Assembly (NCBI GenBank): GCA_003971905.1
Contig: RSEE01000002.1
Coordinates: forward strand, 496,001-560,000
DNA length: 64,000 nt
Source of the DNA: Moniliella sp. 'wahieum'
Lineage: Eukaryota
Direction of reading: 5' to 3'
The first letter of the stretch is position 1; every line of letters starts with the position of its first letter. The notes beneath the pieces were generated by a model that searched no databases, was not told where the DNA came from, and saw nothing but the letters and a program-made list of their open reading frames with translations. This document shows positions 37,423 through 56,100 of the stretch, piece after piece. Position numbers and translations under genes: made by a program.

Positions 37423-38654
37423 CTATTTGTCAGATAGGGCAAGGTCCACAGACAGGGTCTCCCCTTCGGAGACGTCGTCTTCGGTGGCAATGTGCGCTCG
37501 CGCGGAGCTGTTGCGGTGCCATTTGTTGTTCGAAGGAACCCCGGTGTGGCCGGACGGCTTTCTCGCAAGAGCACCCCCGCTACGGGGAGATGCACCGGCA
37601 GGAGGACCCCCGCTATGCTGCTGGGATCCCGCGCTGTCGTGTTTGCCAGCGCCCGAGTTGGCGGTCCGGGGGTGACGGCCCCGGTACGGAATTCTGTACT
37701 CTGGGTCCGCTGGGATTCTCTCCACGTCTTGCATTGTCTCCGCCAGAGTCATGTGCTCTAGGCGGCGACGGTCACCAGGGTCGCGGAGGGCCCCGACGAG
37801 GATACGGCGGAATTGCTCGTCCGACATCGGTGTGGTTGCGCTGATCCGGTTGCGGAGCGTCCCCATTTCAGATAGGAACTCGCTCCCGCTGCGCCGGTTT
37901 TGGTAGCAGTGGTGAAAGCGACTGGACAATTCATGATACGTCTTGCAGTCGACCGTACCGTATTTGTTTCGCAGGGCACGGAGCAAGTCAGCTGACGTGT
38001 CAACGTTGTCCTGTGCAATAATGGCAGATTGAACGTCGTTCGGGAGGTGGGACCACAGAAGGTTCTGGAGGCGTAGATCGAGGGACGAGTCGTAGTGTGG
38101 TGACGATGGACCGGAGCGAACGATGTCCTTCGCGGCGGGGGGATGCGGTCCAGGATGTTGAGGATGGAGGGCTCCCAGAGCACATATTCGGTGGGGTCGC
38201 GGAAGGCGTCCTTGCGCGTCGCGTTGGTACGCTCGATCTCTTTTGACGCGCGTTTCTCAGCGTGGCGAAGCTCGGCCATGTCCTCACTCGCGGATGCAAG
38301 GGCCTCACGGGTGTTTTGCGGCTTCGTGAATTCAACGGCCAATACATATTTCTCCAACGCGAGGGTGAGCGTGTAGATCCAATTTTCCTTTCCGCCCGGT
38401 GTTTTCTTGCTCTTCGGTCCATACGCCGCCGTGTGTGCATCCGTAGCGAACGAGCGGCATGTGGAGCGGAGATTGTCAGCGCTGGTGGGCTTGAACGCGC
38501 GGGTGCTTGCGAGGAGGTTGTCTCTGACGTCGGTGAGGGCCTGTTGCCAGGTCGGGTCGGAGACAGGGGTGGTGGTCGGTTCGTCGATGTCCTGCGCCTC
38601 TTCGATGACAGAGACTTCGGGAGGAGGGGTGTTTTCTTCCAGTTCGGGGGGCAT
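37423..38654 (-). CDS. gag: Copia Gag (one frameshift near 38140)
   Basis: ATG in GCCACCATG context. Copia-gag-like SADLLRALRNKYG and EFLSEMGTLRNRI segments. Ends at TAG 37425-37423. Confidence 0.8.
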
Positions 38655-38788
38655 GGTGGCTGATTTTTCCTTTGTTTTTTTTTTGAATTGGTTGGTGTGT
38701 GGTGCCGATGGTGGCGTTGGGGTGGTGGTGGTGACGGTGGGCGCCGATGGTGGTGCTGAGTATTGATCCTTTGCGCCAGTGGGGTGCT

Positions 38789-38802
38789 TCAGATTGTAGC
38801 TC
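38789..38802 (-). promoter_or_regulatory. Primer-binding site, putatively complementary to a tRNA-Tyr(GUA) anticodon arm
   Basis: Directly after the 5' LTR the RNA reads GAGCTACAATCTGA, with no TGG start. Its complement TCAGA-TT-GTA-GC-TC has anticodon-arm geometry. Confidence 0.55.
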
Positions 38803-39014
38803 TGTCACAGGCCTAGCTAGCGATGCTGGCGATGGTCGATGGAGATGGCATTCAAGAGCTAAGGAGAGCTAGAGCTATGGGCCTTGATAGGCTCCTGGCC
38901 TGGAGGCCAGTGGAAACCCGTGGAAGGGTCGGAACTCACTGCCCCGGTGCACTGTGTGGATCGGGCCACGTGTCACTGAAGGCCGATGGGCTCTAGACCA
39001 CTGGTGGTCAAACA
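38803..39014 (-). repeat. 5' LTR (212 bp)
   Basis: Near-identical copy of 33743-33953, followed by the TSD GGGTA. Confidence 0.97.
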
Positions 39015-40083
39015 GGGTATATCGAGTACCGTCGGAGAGTTGAACGTTGAGATCTGAGAGAGCACTAGTCGGTACAGACGAGATCGAGATTGTAGCGATG
39101 TCCTGATCTACCTGTCAGGTTACGGAGATCTCAATGGATGTTGTTGACGTTGAGCGCGCTGAAGCTACTACACAGAACGGCAGCGTAGGAAGTCAGTTGG
39201 GGGCGAGAGTGATGGGCGTTGGCGATAGGAAAAGCAGGACGATCGAAGAGAGGGCTACAGAAGGATCAGACGATATTGCTTGCTGGCTTCGGGGCGACCA
39301 GGCCAGTGCTAGTCGAGTCCGCGGTGCATCGGAGGCAAGTGAGGCCGGAAATGTTCCTAGTCGCCCCGACGGAACATGTGCATGATACGAGGGTGGCGCA
39401 AGTGCGAGAAAAGTCTATCCTCCTCGGGGGTGTTCTCTCGATTATCGATCTTAGTATGGTCGACATATGATTTTTGATGCACCCTCACATTTGCGTTTGC
39501 CTGCACGGGGTGCTGCTGGTGACGGGAAATACCGGTCATATTGACACTTTTGGTATAGACATTTGAGTGGTGCGATCCAAATGATGCAAGCTCTATAAGA
39601 ATCTTGCTTGCCTCTAATCGCGTAAGACCCAAGCGAGGAAGACAGATCTGCTTTTTGGGGCCCCGAGCGGCGAGCGTCAGGCGTTACGCGTTGTTGGGAT
39701 GGCTTCCTCCATTCGCCCCCGTTCTCTGGAGCAGGCTAGAGTGAACCTCCCGCAATCGTTTGCTTTGCTTTACCCGTTTCGCCTACAGGCTCTCTTGTCT
39801 GATCGATCTGACCGATGCGATGGACGAGATGAACGCGCAGCGCCCCACCCACTACTTGTGCAGATCGCCTGCCGTGCGCCCAGCTGCTCGGCGCACGTGA
39901 CCGCCCCCCTTCTTTTGAATGTTCAAGCTCCCAGCGGCCTCTCGCGTTGCAATATGAAATTTGAACTATGAGTACAACTGAGTGGAAGCTGCCAGGTGAG
40001 CGGAATGGGAAGCAGCAACTCCGCCTCTCTCCCCATCGCGCACTGTCTCCTTTCGAAGCGCTGCCCACCACCACGCCCCCAAG

Positions 40084-40948
40084 ATGGCACCACGCAATCA
40101 AGACCTGCTCGACGCTGACGAGGATGTAGACATGGAGGACGGTACGTGCTGCTCGCTGGATTGCTTCGACACACTCTTGTGCTCGGTGCTCCCGCTTCTC
40201 CGCGATGGGCCTGGTATTGACGGGTCTTGCTGGCTTTGGTACTCCCTTTTTGTTTTCGTATTTTCCATCCCGCATCTTCCATTCCCGGTTGGTTCCCTCT
40301 TTCTTGCGTTGTCCCTGTGAACGATTCAGACCCTTCTCTCCAACGCAAGGGGCGTGGGTTTGACAGCCGCGGACACGCCGAGGAGGATGGCGTCAAGAGT
40401 CAACACTTTGATGTCCTGCCGACCGATGAGTTGCAAGGGAGGAAGCTAAATGTACGCAAACGCCGCTCTCGAGTAGACTGGGCATAAAAATGCACCTGTG
40501 CACCTCTTCTGACACCCTGTGCATCTTCTTTTTTCAGCTGTGGAGGGATGGATCGTGATTGTAACCAACGTGCACGAGGAGGCGACCGAGGAGGACGTGA
40601 TGGACAAGTTTGCCGACTTTGGCGAGATCAAGAACGTGCATCTCAATTTGGATCGGCGGACAGGCTATGTGAAGGTACGTGTTATTTTTGTTGAGGTGGA
40701 TGGGCGGAAGACGGCTAACGTCATACTGCATCCAGGGTTACGCCCTGATTGAATACGCCACTAATGCCGAGGCAAAGACGGCGATCCACGCGTGCGAAGA
40801 GGGCTTGACGTTGATGGATCAGCACCTGTTTGCGACTTTGCCTTTGTGCAGCCACCGTCACGCAAAATCAAGGGCGAGCCGAGCAGCGCGCGCGCGCCGC
40901 GCGCCCGCAGCAGGAGCCGGGGCGCTAGAAAATATCTGGGTTGAATGA
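40084..40948 (+). CDS. RBM8A: Exon junction complex RNA-binding protein Y14/RBM8A
   Basis: Motifs [57 protein letters not shown] and CDFAFV. Introns at ~40142-40329, ~40473-40537 and ~40675-40735. The 3' end is approximate. Confidence 0.92.
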
Positions 40949-41509
40949 GGATTTGATTGTTGGGACTGGTATGGGTTAGGGTGAAGTAGAGGGTGGGCTG
41001 GACGGGTCAAGGGCAGCGTGCGGGCCGCCAGACAGCGGGCGAAGCAGGGGCTGGCCAGGTGAGCTATGGACTGGGATGGGATGGAGCTGGCTAGGGATAG
41101 GCGAACGTGGTTGTGGTTAATTTGTCTCTAGCTGTACCGGAGCTGGACGGCGCGGGGCCGGACGGGGACAGTGTGCGAGCGGCGGCAGAAAAAACACTGC
41201 TGTCGCAGCACGGGGCGTGTGTGTGGCCGCGGCCACGGTGTGTGGTGGCCGGCCGGTGGGGCTCGACGTGGCGCTGCCGACGTTCCGGACGACCATCATC
41301 GTGTCGCCCATCGTCTTCATCTTCGTTGCCGCCGCCGCGTCTCTTGTCGTCGTCGTTGTCCTCATCCATCTCCCGTGCTGCGCTCTCCGCCTCTCGGCCC
41401 CGCCTTCTTTCGCCCCCGCCACGCACGCGCACCCGCATCCAGGCAGGCAGGCAGACAGGCGGCATGCCATCTATGCCCCTCCGCCCCGATACTGTTAAGA
41501 CCCGCATTC

Positions 41510-48673
<7,164 letters not shown>

Positions 48674-49270
48674 GAGGGCCATCGACCCAGCTCCCGACCT
48701 CGGCCAGACCCAGCAACGCAAAAGCAGGATTGGTCCCCGTTTTCATCACCTCTAACTCTTAACTTGGCCTCTTGTGCTGAAATATCATTCGTTTTGTGGC
48801 TGCGCTTGAAACCTTCCCTTGCCTACGATGAAAAGTAGACCGTAGACCTTGGAGGAGAGGTCCACGACTGTCATTGTCCACATGTCTTGGGGACGTCGGG
48901 AGAAGGGGAGCGGCGTGCATTGGCTGCTGGAGCAAACCGCCTGGATTGCGAGAAGGCCAAACACTCGCAGGACCTACTCGAGTTCCATTCTTCTTCCCCC
49001 TGGTTGTCATGGACGCGCATAACGACGGGAGGGTACGAGCACTACACCACTATGGCTGTCTGATAAGACGAAAGAAGATGTGGGAGCACGGGAAAGACCT
49101 TGCTGAAGAGTTTCAGACCTCATTGAGGGGCATGGTAGCATCACTTTCGATCGACCATAGCCTTGATCGACTTCATCGGAAGGGTGTCGTCAGCCGTTTT
49201 CTGTGGCATTACCCGGCACGGCATACAGGCAGATACGAGACATCTCGATCCTTTAAAATTACTTTCGTAT

Positions 49271-50667
49271 TCAGAGCTTGCTTGGAGGCGCCCGAATACG
49301 AACGACGGCTTTACCCCACGTCTTGCGGTCTTGAAGATCCTGCAAACCCTGGACCACCTGCTCGAGACCTTGGTAGACCGGCTGCATCACCACCGGTTTC
49401 AGGTCGCCCGAGGCAAACATTTTGAGCAGAGTTTCCCACACCTCGCGCGCCTTGGCCGGCTCTTTGACGGTGAAGGCGCCCCAGAAGACACCGATACTGC
49501 ATACAGGGTCAGCTACTGGGGCGGCATACTCACTGGGAGAAGAGTGGCAAGGAAGCACATGATGCAGGAGGAAGGAGGGAGGACACATACAGGCTAACAC
49601 TCTTAAGAAGCACAAGGTTCATCGGGATCTTTTCGATCGTACCAGCCGCAAAGCCAATGATCAAAATCCGGGCGTTGAAGGCTACCACCTTGAGGGAAGG
49701 CGACACCAATCCCACAGGGTCAAACACCACATCTACTCCCTTGTTGTTGGTAATCTCTGTCCGGATCAACCAAAAATAAAAATGGGTCAGAATCCGTCCG
49801 TCAAGCTAGCCATGGGCGACAGGAACGAAGGAGACGAGGAATACGAGGAATACGAACGCTTGACCTGGTCTTGCCAGTTAGCGTCGCGGTAGTTCACCAC
49901 ATGGTCCGCCCCACTTTTCTGACAAATCGCGAGCTTGTCGGCTGAACCGGCGGTGGCGATCACCTTGGCCCCCAGAATCTTAGCCAGGAGAATCGCTGCC
50001 AACCCCACCCCACCAGCGCCAGCATGGACAAGGAGCCACTCGCCCGGTTGGAGCTTGCCGCGTACCGTCAGTGCCAAATATGAGGTGGGGAACGTGACGT
50101 AAATCCCAGCAGCCTCATCAAAACTCAGATTATCCGGGATGGGAAGGAGCGTCTTGTAGTTGACTGCAGCCTGGGAAGAGGTCAGCCGGTTAAATCTCCC
50201 CAAGCATGCAAAGAAAGAAAGAAGAAAGAACCGAAAAGGAAAGACAAGCACGCACTTTCTCCGCATATGCGCCTACTGTCGACCCAAACACACGCGTTCC
50301 CGGGCGCAGAGGACACCCAGCTGGGATGGGTGAGTCCTTTTGAACCACACCGGCAAACTCGGCCCCGAGCACGTAGGGATGGCGGCTTGGTCTGATACCG
50401 GCCTGGAGCAAACCACGTCAGTGGCCCTGTGGCAAGAGGGGATCGCGTCGTCGAGGGAAGGAGAGACACTCGGGGTTGCACTGAAGTCGGCGCTCAGGCG
50501 GAGAGCGGAGAGTACGCACCAGCAGCCATGAGGATATCAAAAAAGTTAAGTCCGACCGAGTAGACGTCCACCAGCACCTCGTCCTTGCCCGGTACGGGGT
50601 CAGGGATGGAGTTGAGGGTGGGCGCGAGGTCGGCGAGCTGTGTGTGGGTGATCTGGTACGCCTTCAT
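49271..50667 (-). CDS. Zeta-crystallin-like NADPH:quinone oxidoreductase (MDR superfamily)
   Basis: Motifs VGLNFFDIL, YQTKP...GAEFAG, PTSYLAL, LLVHAGAGGVGLAA, GADHVVNY, KGVDVVFDPVG, IGFAAG, NLVLLK and RKTWGKAVV. Four introns. Confidence 0.9.
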
Positions 50668-51490
50668 TGTCTGGCGAGCAGAGGTCAGCGAGGTGGGAGG
50701 AGTCGATGAGGGGGGTAGCTGCGGTTAGCTGGGTTGGTCCGGGCGGGGCAGCCGGGCAGACGGAATGGGTTACTACCATCGATTGTTGATCCCTGCTGGG
50801 TCCACCGACCGCCATTGATGGGGCCGGAGCAGCCGGTGGATGATCGCTGACCGCTGACCGCCGCTTCCATCCCCCAGCTGCCCCCCCCCGCCCCAAGCCG
50901 AGTTAGGCCCGAGGGAGGCTTGGGCCGGGGGCATTGCACCGATTGTGCATGCTTGGACAAAGGCAGCTGGCCAACTCGGACACACTGCGTACGCAGAGCA
51001 GCAGCTGCTGTCTGAGGGGTAGCGTAGCCATATCCACACCATGCCCACGCCTCTCCTCTTCTAAACCAGCTGATTACATGTTGGAACGTGTATCCGATCT
51101 GAGAGGGTCCACTGCGGCAAGGCCCCAAGAGGACTAGGCCGATGGTGGTATCCGTGGACTCGAGACCTGTGAGGCAAAGGTACTCGAATACGTCGTCACC
51201 CGATGGCTGTACTAGGTTTTCCTGGTGTTCATCCGCCCCATGCGATCAACGTGCCGTGTGACCAGCTACTAAGCGCACATTCTCCTTGCCTCTTCTGTAT
51301 GATAACGGTCGAAGGTACACTACAGCCCATAGGAACGTTAATTATACATGCAAGATCAGCCGTTATTGGGAGGTACGATACAGGAGTGAGGTAGTTCAAG
51401 AGGGATCAAGAATCTAGCAGAGGTGTCGCATAAATCCATAGCCACAATCCTCGGAAAGGCATGGACTTTTTGCTCGAACAGCCTGCCGTT

Positions 51491-53160
51491 TTACCCCCCA
51501 CCCCAGCGGGCCGATTGGCGCCCGCGTTCTTCGTCCCTCACAGAAAGTGAGAGCGGGTCACGTTCCAAACGTTCCTCTTTGGTTCTCCGGCTCCCGCGGG
51601 TAGTCCCGCGGCTGCCTTGGACACCGACTTTCGACACGGATCGCGCAAGCGCCCGGCCCACTGCCGGGCACATCGTCATTGTACCTTCGTACCTGCGACG
51701 TCCGAACCGGGGAGAGCGAACGCGGTGGCGTAGTGGCCGCCGAGCTGCCCAGCGCCTCGAGCAAATTGCAAAAGCGTTGAGTACCCTTCCAAAAGTTGCC
51801 CACTTGGGTCCTAGCCAACTCCAACTCCTCACAGGCTTGAGATAGCCGCTCACCAGCCGATCAGGACGCTCCCACTCCATCCGGTCAGCACGAAGGAAGC
51901 GCTGGCGGGCTGGGAGGTAGAGCGTGGCAACGGACCGGGCCGTCGACCCCGCTTCATACTCCCCATTTCTTGGCGCTTTATCCTCGGCTCCGCGATTCAT
52001 CCCGGCTCAGCGACGTACAGCCGGTCGCGGAGGGGGACGTGTGGGCACACCCACCTCCATCAGCGCAAGCGCCGCCTCATTTCCCGCTCTTTCGGGTCGA
52101 GGTGCATCCGCGCCTGCGTCGGAGCATTCGCTTGGGCCAGGGCCTCATATTGTGCTTGAGCTTGTGCCTGAGCTTGTGCTTGTGCCTGTGCTTGTGCCTG
52201 TGGGGCCTGTGCTTGGGCCCTGTGGGCCTGTGCTTGGGCCTGTGCTTGGGCCTGTGCTTGGGCCTGTGCTCGGGCCTGCGCTTGAGCATGGGCATGGCTT
52301 GGGCCTGCACCTGAGCTTGGGCATGAGCTTGGGCTTGGGCTTGGGCTTGGGCTGGGCTTGGGCTTGGGCATGCGCCTGGGCTTGAGCGTGCATAGCCATG
52401 GCGTGCGTTGGGCCTGAGCCTGGGCCTGACGAACTGCTGCGCCATATGCGGGTCTGGCAAGAAAGAGGGGGCATTGCCGGCACAGGGCCAACAACTGAGG
52501 GCACATGTGGCATATGTGGAGGCGGTACTGGGGCTGGAGCCGCCGCCGAAGCAGAATGAGTTGCGCGTTTGCGCCGTTTGATGACTGCTTTTTCATCGTA
52601 ATGGACGTTTGACGCCATGGAGCTTGTGGTAGAGTCCACAGGCGTTGCAGAGCGGACTGCCCTCTTCGTCGCGCCGCCAGAGAGGGTTGGTATCTGTTCC
52701 GCAATTAATACACAGCAGTCCGCCATTCTTCTCCGTCCGCTTGCTTGGTCCGGGGGAGGAGCGGCAGAGCCGAGGGGCGTGGCCTGAGGAGATGGCTCTG
52801 CAGTATCAGGCGCGGTGTCGGGCGCAGTGTCGGGCGCGGTGTCAGTCGCGGCGTCGAGGACAACGTCGTCTGGCGAGGGAGCGGCGGGGCCGGTAGAAAG
52901 ACGGCTTCGGCCTCGCTTTCGGCTTCCCGGGGAGGTTGGAGTTGTAGCTGGGCTAGCTGTTTGGCCAGCGGAGCCTGGGGCGGGGCCTTGGGGGCGGATG
53001 CAAGAGCAGCAGCAGGGGCACCCGGAGCAACAGGGAAGCCGGAGCAACAGGGGAAGCCGGAGCAGCAGGGGTTGCAGGGGCAGAAGCAGCAGCGGATGGC
53101 GAGGCAAAGCCAGCCGCTGCGGAAGGGAGACGCTTCACCGGGGTCTGGGGACATTGCCAT
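51491..53160 (-). CDS. GATA-type zinc-finger transcription factor (single C-X2-C-X17-C-X2-C finger) with Gln-Ala repeat
   Basis: The minus strand at ~52712-52560 reads [37 protein letters not shown] followed, across frameshifts, by MKK.VIKRRKR. The ORF track missed this frame. The 3' end is uncertain. Confidence 0.8.
52150..52385 (-). repeat. Coding hexa/dodecamer repeat encoding poly(Gln-Ala)
   Basis: (GGGCCTGTGCTT)n and (GGGCTT)n on the plus strand translate as AQAQAQ... on the minus strand. Confidence 0.85.
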
Positions 53161-56100
53161 GTCTGTGGTGGGGTTGGGGATAGGGAGCGTTGGCGGACAG
53201 CAGGAAACGCCATCGGTTCTGTTTGCCCGAGGGCAGCCCGAAGCATGATGCATGATGCATGAATCATTAAACGTTAAATTTTGCACGTCAAGCGCCATGC
53301 GTCCCAGCCCCCCGCCCTAAGCCCTAATCGATAATCAGCGCTCAGCCTGACGCTACGCCTTAGACATTAAGTTTAAGTCAGGCCGCCGCTGACCGGTGAC
53401 CCGTGATTCCGCCCTAAGGCACAAGCGCCATGCCTGGTGCGGCTTCTGCCGCCAGGGTCGTCACTGCATCGCTGAAAAGCTGAGTGGGGCGCAAAGCGGG
53501 TGTTCCGCCGGCTGCCGCACCGCAACAGGGGACCACTGTGTACGGGGTCTGAGCCTGGGGGCGCAGTAGGCAGGCGCAGGCAGGCACAGGCCGGCAGAGG
53601 CAGGCGCAGGCGCGCAGGGGGGCGCAGGCAGGCGTATCGCGGCCTGGCGCGGCGGGGTGAGCGGCTGAGCAGTGTCGCCGCCACGTGGTCTCGGACTTAC
53701 CGACTGCCCCCATGCGCCAGCCGCACACCAGCGCCCTGCTGCCCCTCGCTCTGCCCTGTCCCTGAGGCCTGAGGCTCAGGTCAGCGGGTAGGCCGACCGG
53801 TGACTGGGGACCAGCCGAGGGGCCTTGGATGGGCCATGAAATTGAAATGTGAAAGGCCTTGAACGATATGGATAGGATGATGATCGAAGGCTGTGCGTCA
53901 CGCGTGACAGCGCCACGTGACAGCGTGTCTCCATATAATAAGTTCACTTGACGTTTTCCAGCCAACGTTGAAGCTTGAAGCTTGGAGCCCTTTGATCTTG
54001 ACTTCTATCTTCAGCCTATGACCAACTGGAGCCTGTAATCGAGAGAATCGGCGTATAGCTGCTGTAGCGCCATGACCAAATGGCCGTAATCAGATGGCCC
54101 CTACATTTACTGATTCAAAGGGCGAAAGGGTGCTAATCACGCGCGAGCCCAGAGGTGAACGAAGTATATCGAGTGTAAGCGGGGTCCGTTTTGGAGAAAA
54201 GACAGGAGGAGGAAGTCCTAGGTACGCGTCGCAGAGAATCTGTCTCGGTACGTTATCATCTCAGATCTCACGCCACAACATATCCTGCTCTTATTCTTCG
54301 TGAGCACGCGCTTATTACGCCAGAGGGGAGGAGATGGTTCAGTGTGGGTTTTCGGTATCAGTCGCGTACCAATTAGTCACCAAGGATTTGGGGTCTCAGG
54401 GATGCGATGGATGTCCCTTGCAGAAAGCCTTCCAGCATGAACAAGAAAGGAAGGAGGGAAACTGTGGGGCAAAGCGAGAAAGCAAACACACAAATGTTTA
54501 GGAATCGGGCGCCACCTCCGAACGAGCCCCCGCCCCTTTTTGCCGACGGTAGAACATATTCTTGGAAAGTTGCTCAAGGCGCAATCAATTAGCCTTTTTT
54601 CCTTGATATGACCGAGAGCTGGGCCAAAAATCACAGACTCTCACGATTCACTCCCCTCTTCTTGACTTCACTCCATGCACTTTTCTTTTTATATCTTTCC
54701 CCATTTATATTCGCCTAGCTGCGTTTGTTTTCCTCCTTTCACTTCGCGCTGCCCTCTTTTCAACATGTAACCTCTCACGTTTTCTCTCTAACGGGCTGAC
54801 TTATGTTGGCGATTCTTATACCCTCGCCCTGTCCAGTCTTGCATCGCGTCTCTTTTTGTTCTATACTGCTCACTGGTCTCGACCTCATCATGTCGATACT
54901 GAACTTGGCTTGACGAAGATGATGAAAATAGTCCGTAGGGAAAAATCACGGTCCATAGCGTAGAGATATGGCTAAATCTCGGTTATCAAGCGTGGAGCCG
55001 TCGGTCGACGATGGTTGCAGCGGGAATTAGCAGGAAGGAGCTTGTTTGAACAACCAGAGACAAAACCGGAAATTAAGAAGTAGGCTCTGCATAAGATGGA
55101 TCGGATCGGGGCAAAGAAGGCGAAGGGAGCGCGTAGGCTCTGTGTCGGCGTTGCCTACCTCTCTTTTGGCCTACTTTTCTGCCAGACTTATGCCGCGTAC
55201 TGGGAGGCTCTTGGCCCGCTAGATCAGTATGGGCACTACGGCGTGATTCATATCACTTGGGAGATCTTGTATCCACATCTCGATTGTGTCCCCCTTTCTT
55301 AGAAGGTGCAGGTACCTCCAGTCTGTCCATATTAGTTGTATTCAATCCATCTGCTCCCCTTTCCTCCATCTCTCCGTTTCCTGACAGTTTCCCAGTGTGT
55401 CCGTTGGACAGCAGAGCTGAATGCGATGGTGGTTCAAGATATGAGGTGGGACTAGGCGCAGCAGAGAAAAGATGAAGAGAGATGGATCATGGAGTCGGGC
55501 GTTTAGACTATTCTGGGGCCTCGAACATGATCGAATCCAGATTCAGCGCTCAGCGCGGTCAACTCGGACGACGAGAGAGCCAAAAAGTCTGCATGGCTTA
55601 TAGGGTTATCGGCCCTCGGAGCCCCTGGTAAACACTCTTAGCTCGTGGGAGGGGGAGAGTAAGCGTTTTTTACAGTTATGAGCATGATGTCCAGTGTAAT
55701 AGCCATGCAAAAGGAGATATATATTAACAAAATAAGTCCCCACGATCCATTCGCGCCTTCACCTCTATCCTTCTCGCCAATCCATACAAAACATGCCAAT
55801 CCATCTTTTAGTTGCCTCTTCCTCTGCTCTCCGTCTCTTCGTTCCTCAACTTTTCGCCATTCAGCTCCCGCCCCTATAACCCGTTCACAAAGGTCGAGCT
55901 TTCCCATCTCCACAGTCCACATAGCTTCAGTCCCAGCTTTCAGTCTCAGTTTCAGTCCCATTCCCTTACTATATCCAATCCCAATTCGGATATAGGGTAG
56001 TATCGAACGCGGCTTCAGGCAAAATATGTCACCACTAACCCAAGCTGCCATGTGCCTAAGCTCAGATTGACACCACTGCAAAGCTGTCGACTCCGTTACA

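Larger units (their letters stand above)
33743..39014 (-). mobile_element. Full-length Ty1/copia LTR retrotransposon
   Basis: Two near-identical LTRs with TG...CA ends and a 5-bp TSD GGGTA (33738-33742 and 39015-39019). Internal order is gag-PR-IN-RT-RH. Confidence 0.97.

Noticed and set aside
38770..38810. tRNA-Tyr gene on the plus strand
   Set aside because: Only an anticodon-arm-like segment is present, with no T-arm (GTTCRA) or acceptor stem. It is better explained as the PBS.
53314..53328. Telomeric CCCTAA repeats
   Set aside because: Only two copies with 7-bp spacing (GCCCTAA). They fit the heptamer family, not a telomere.
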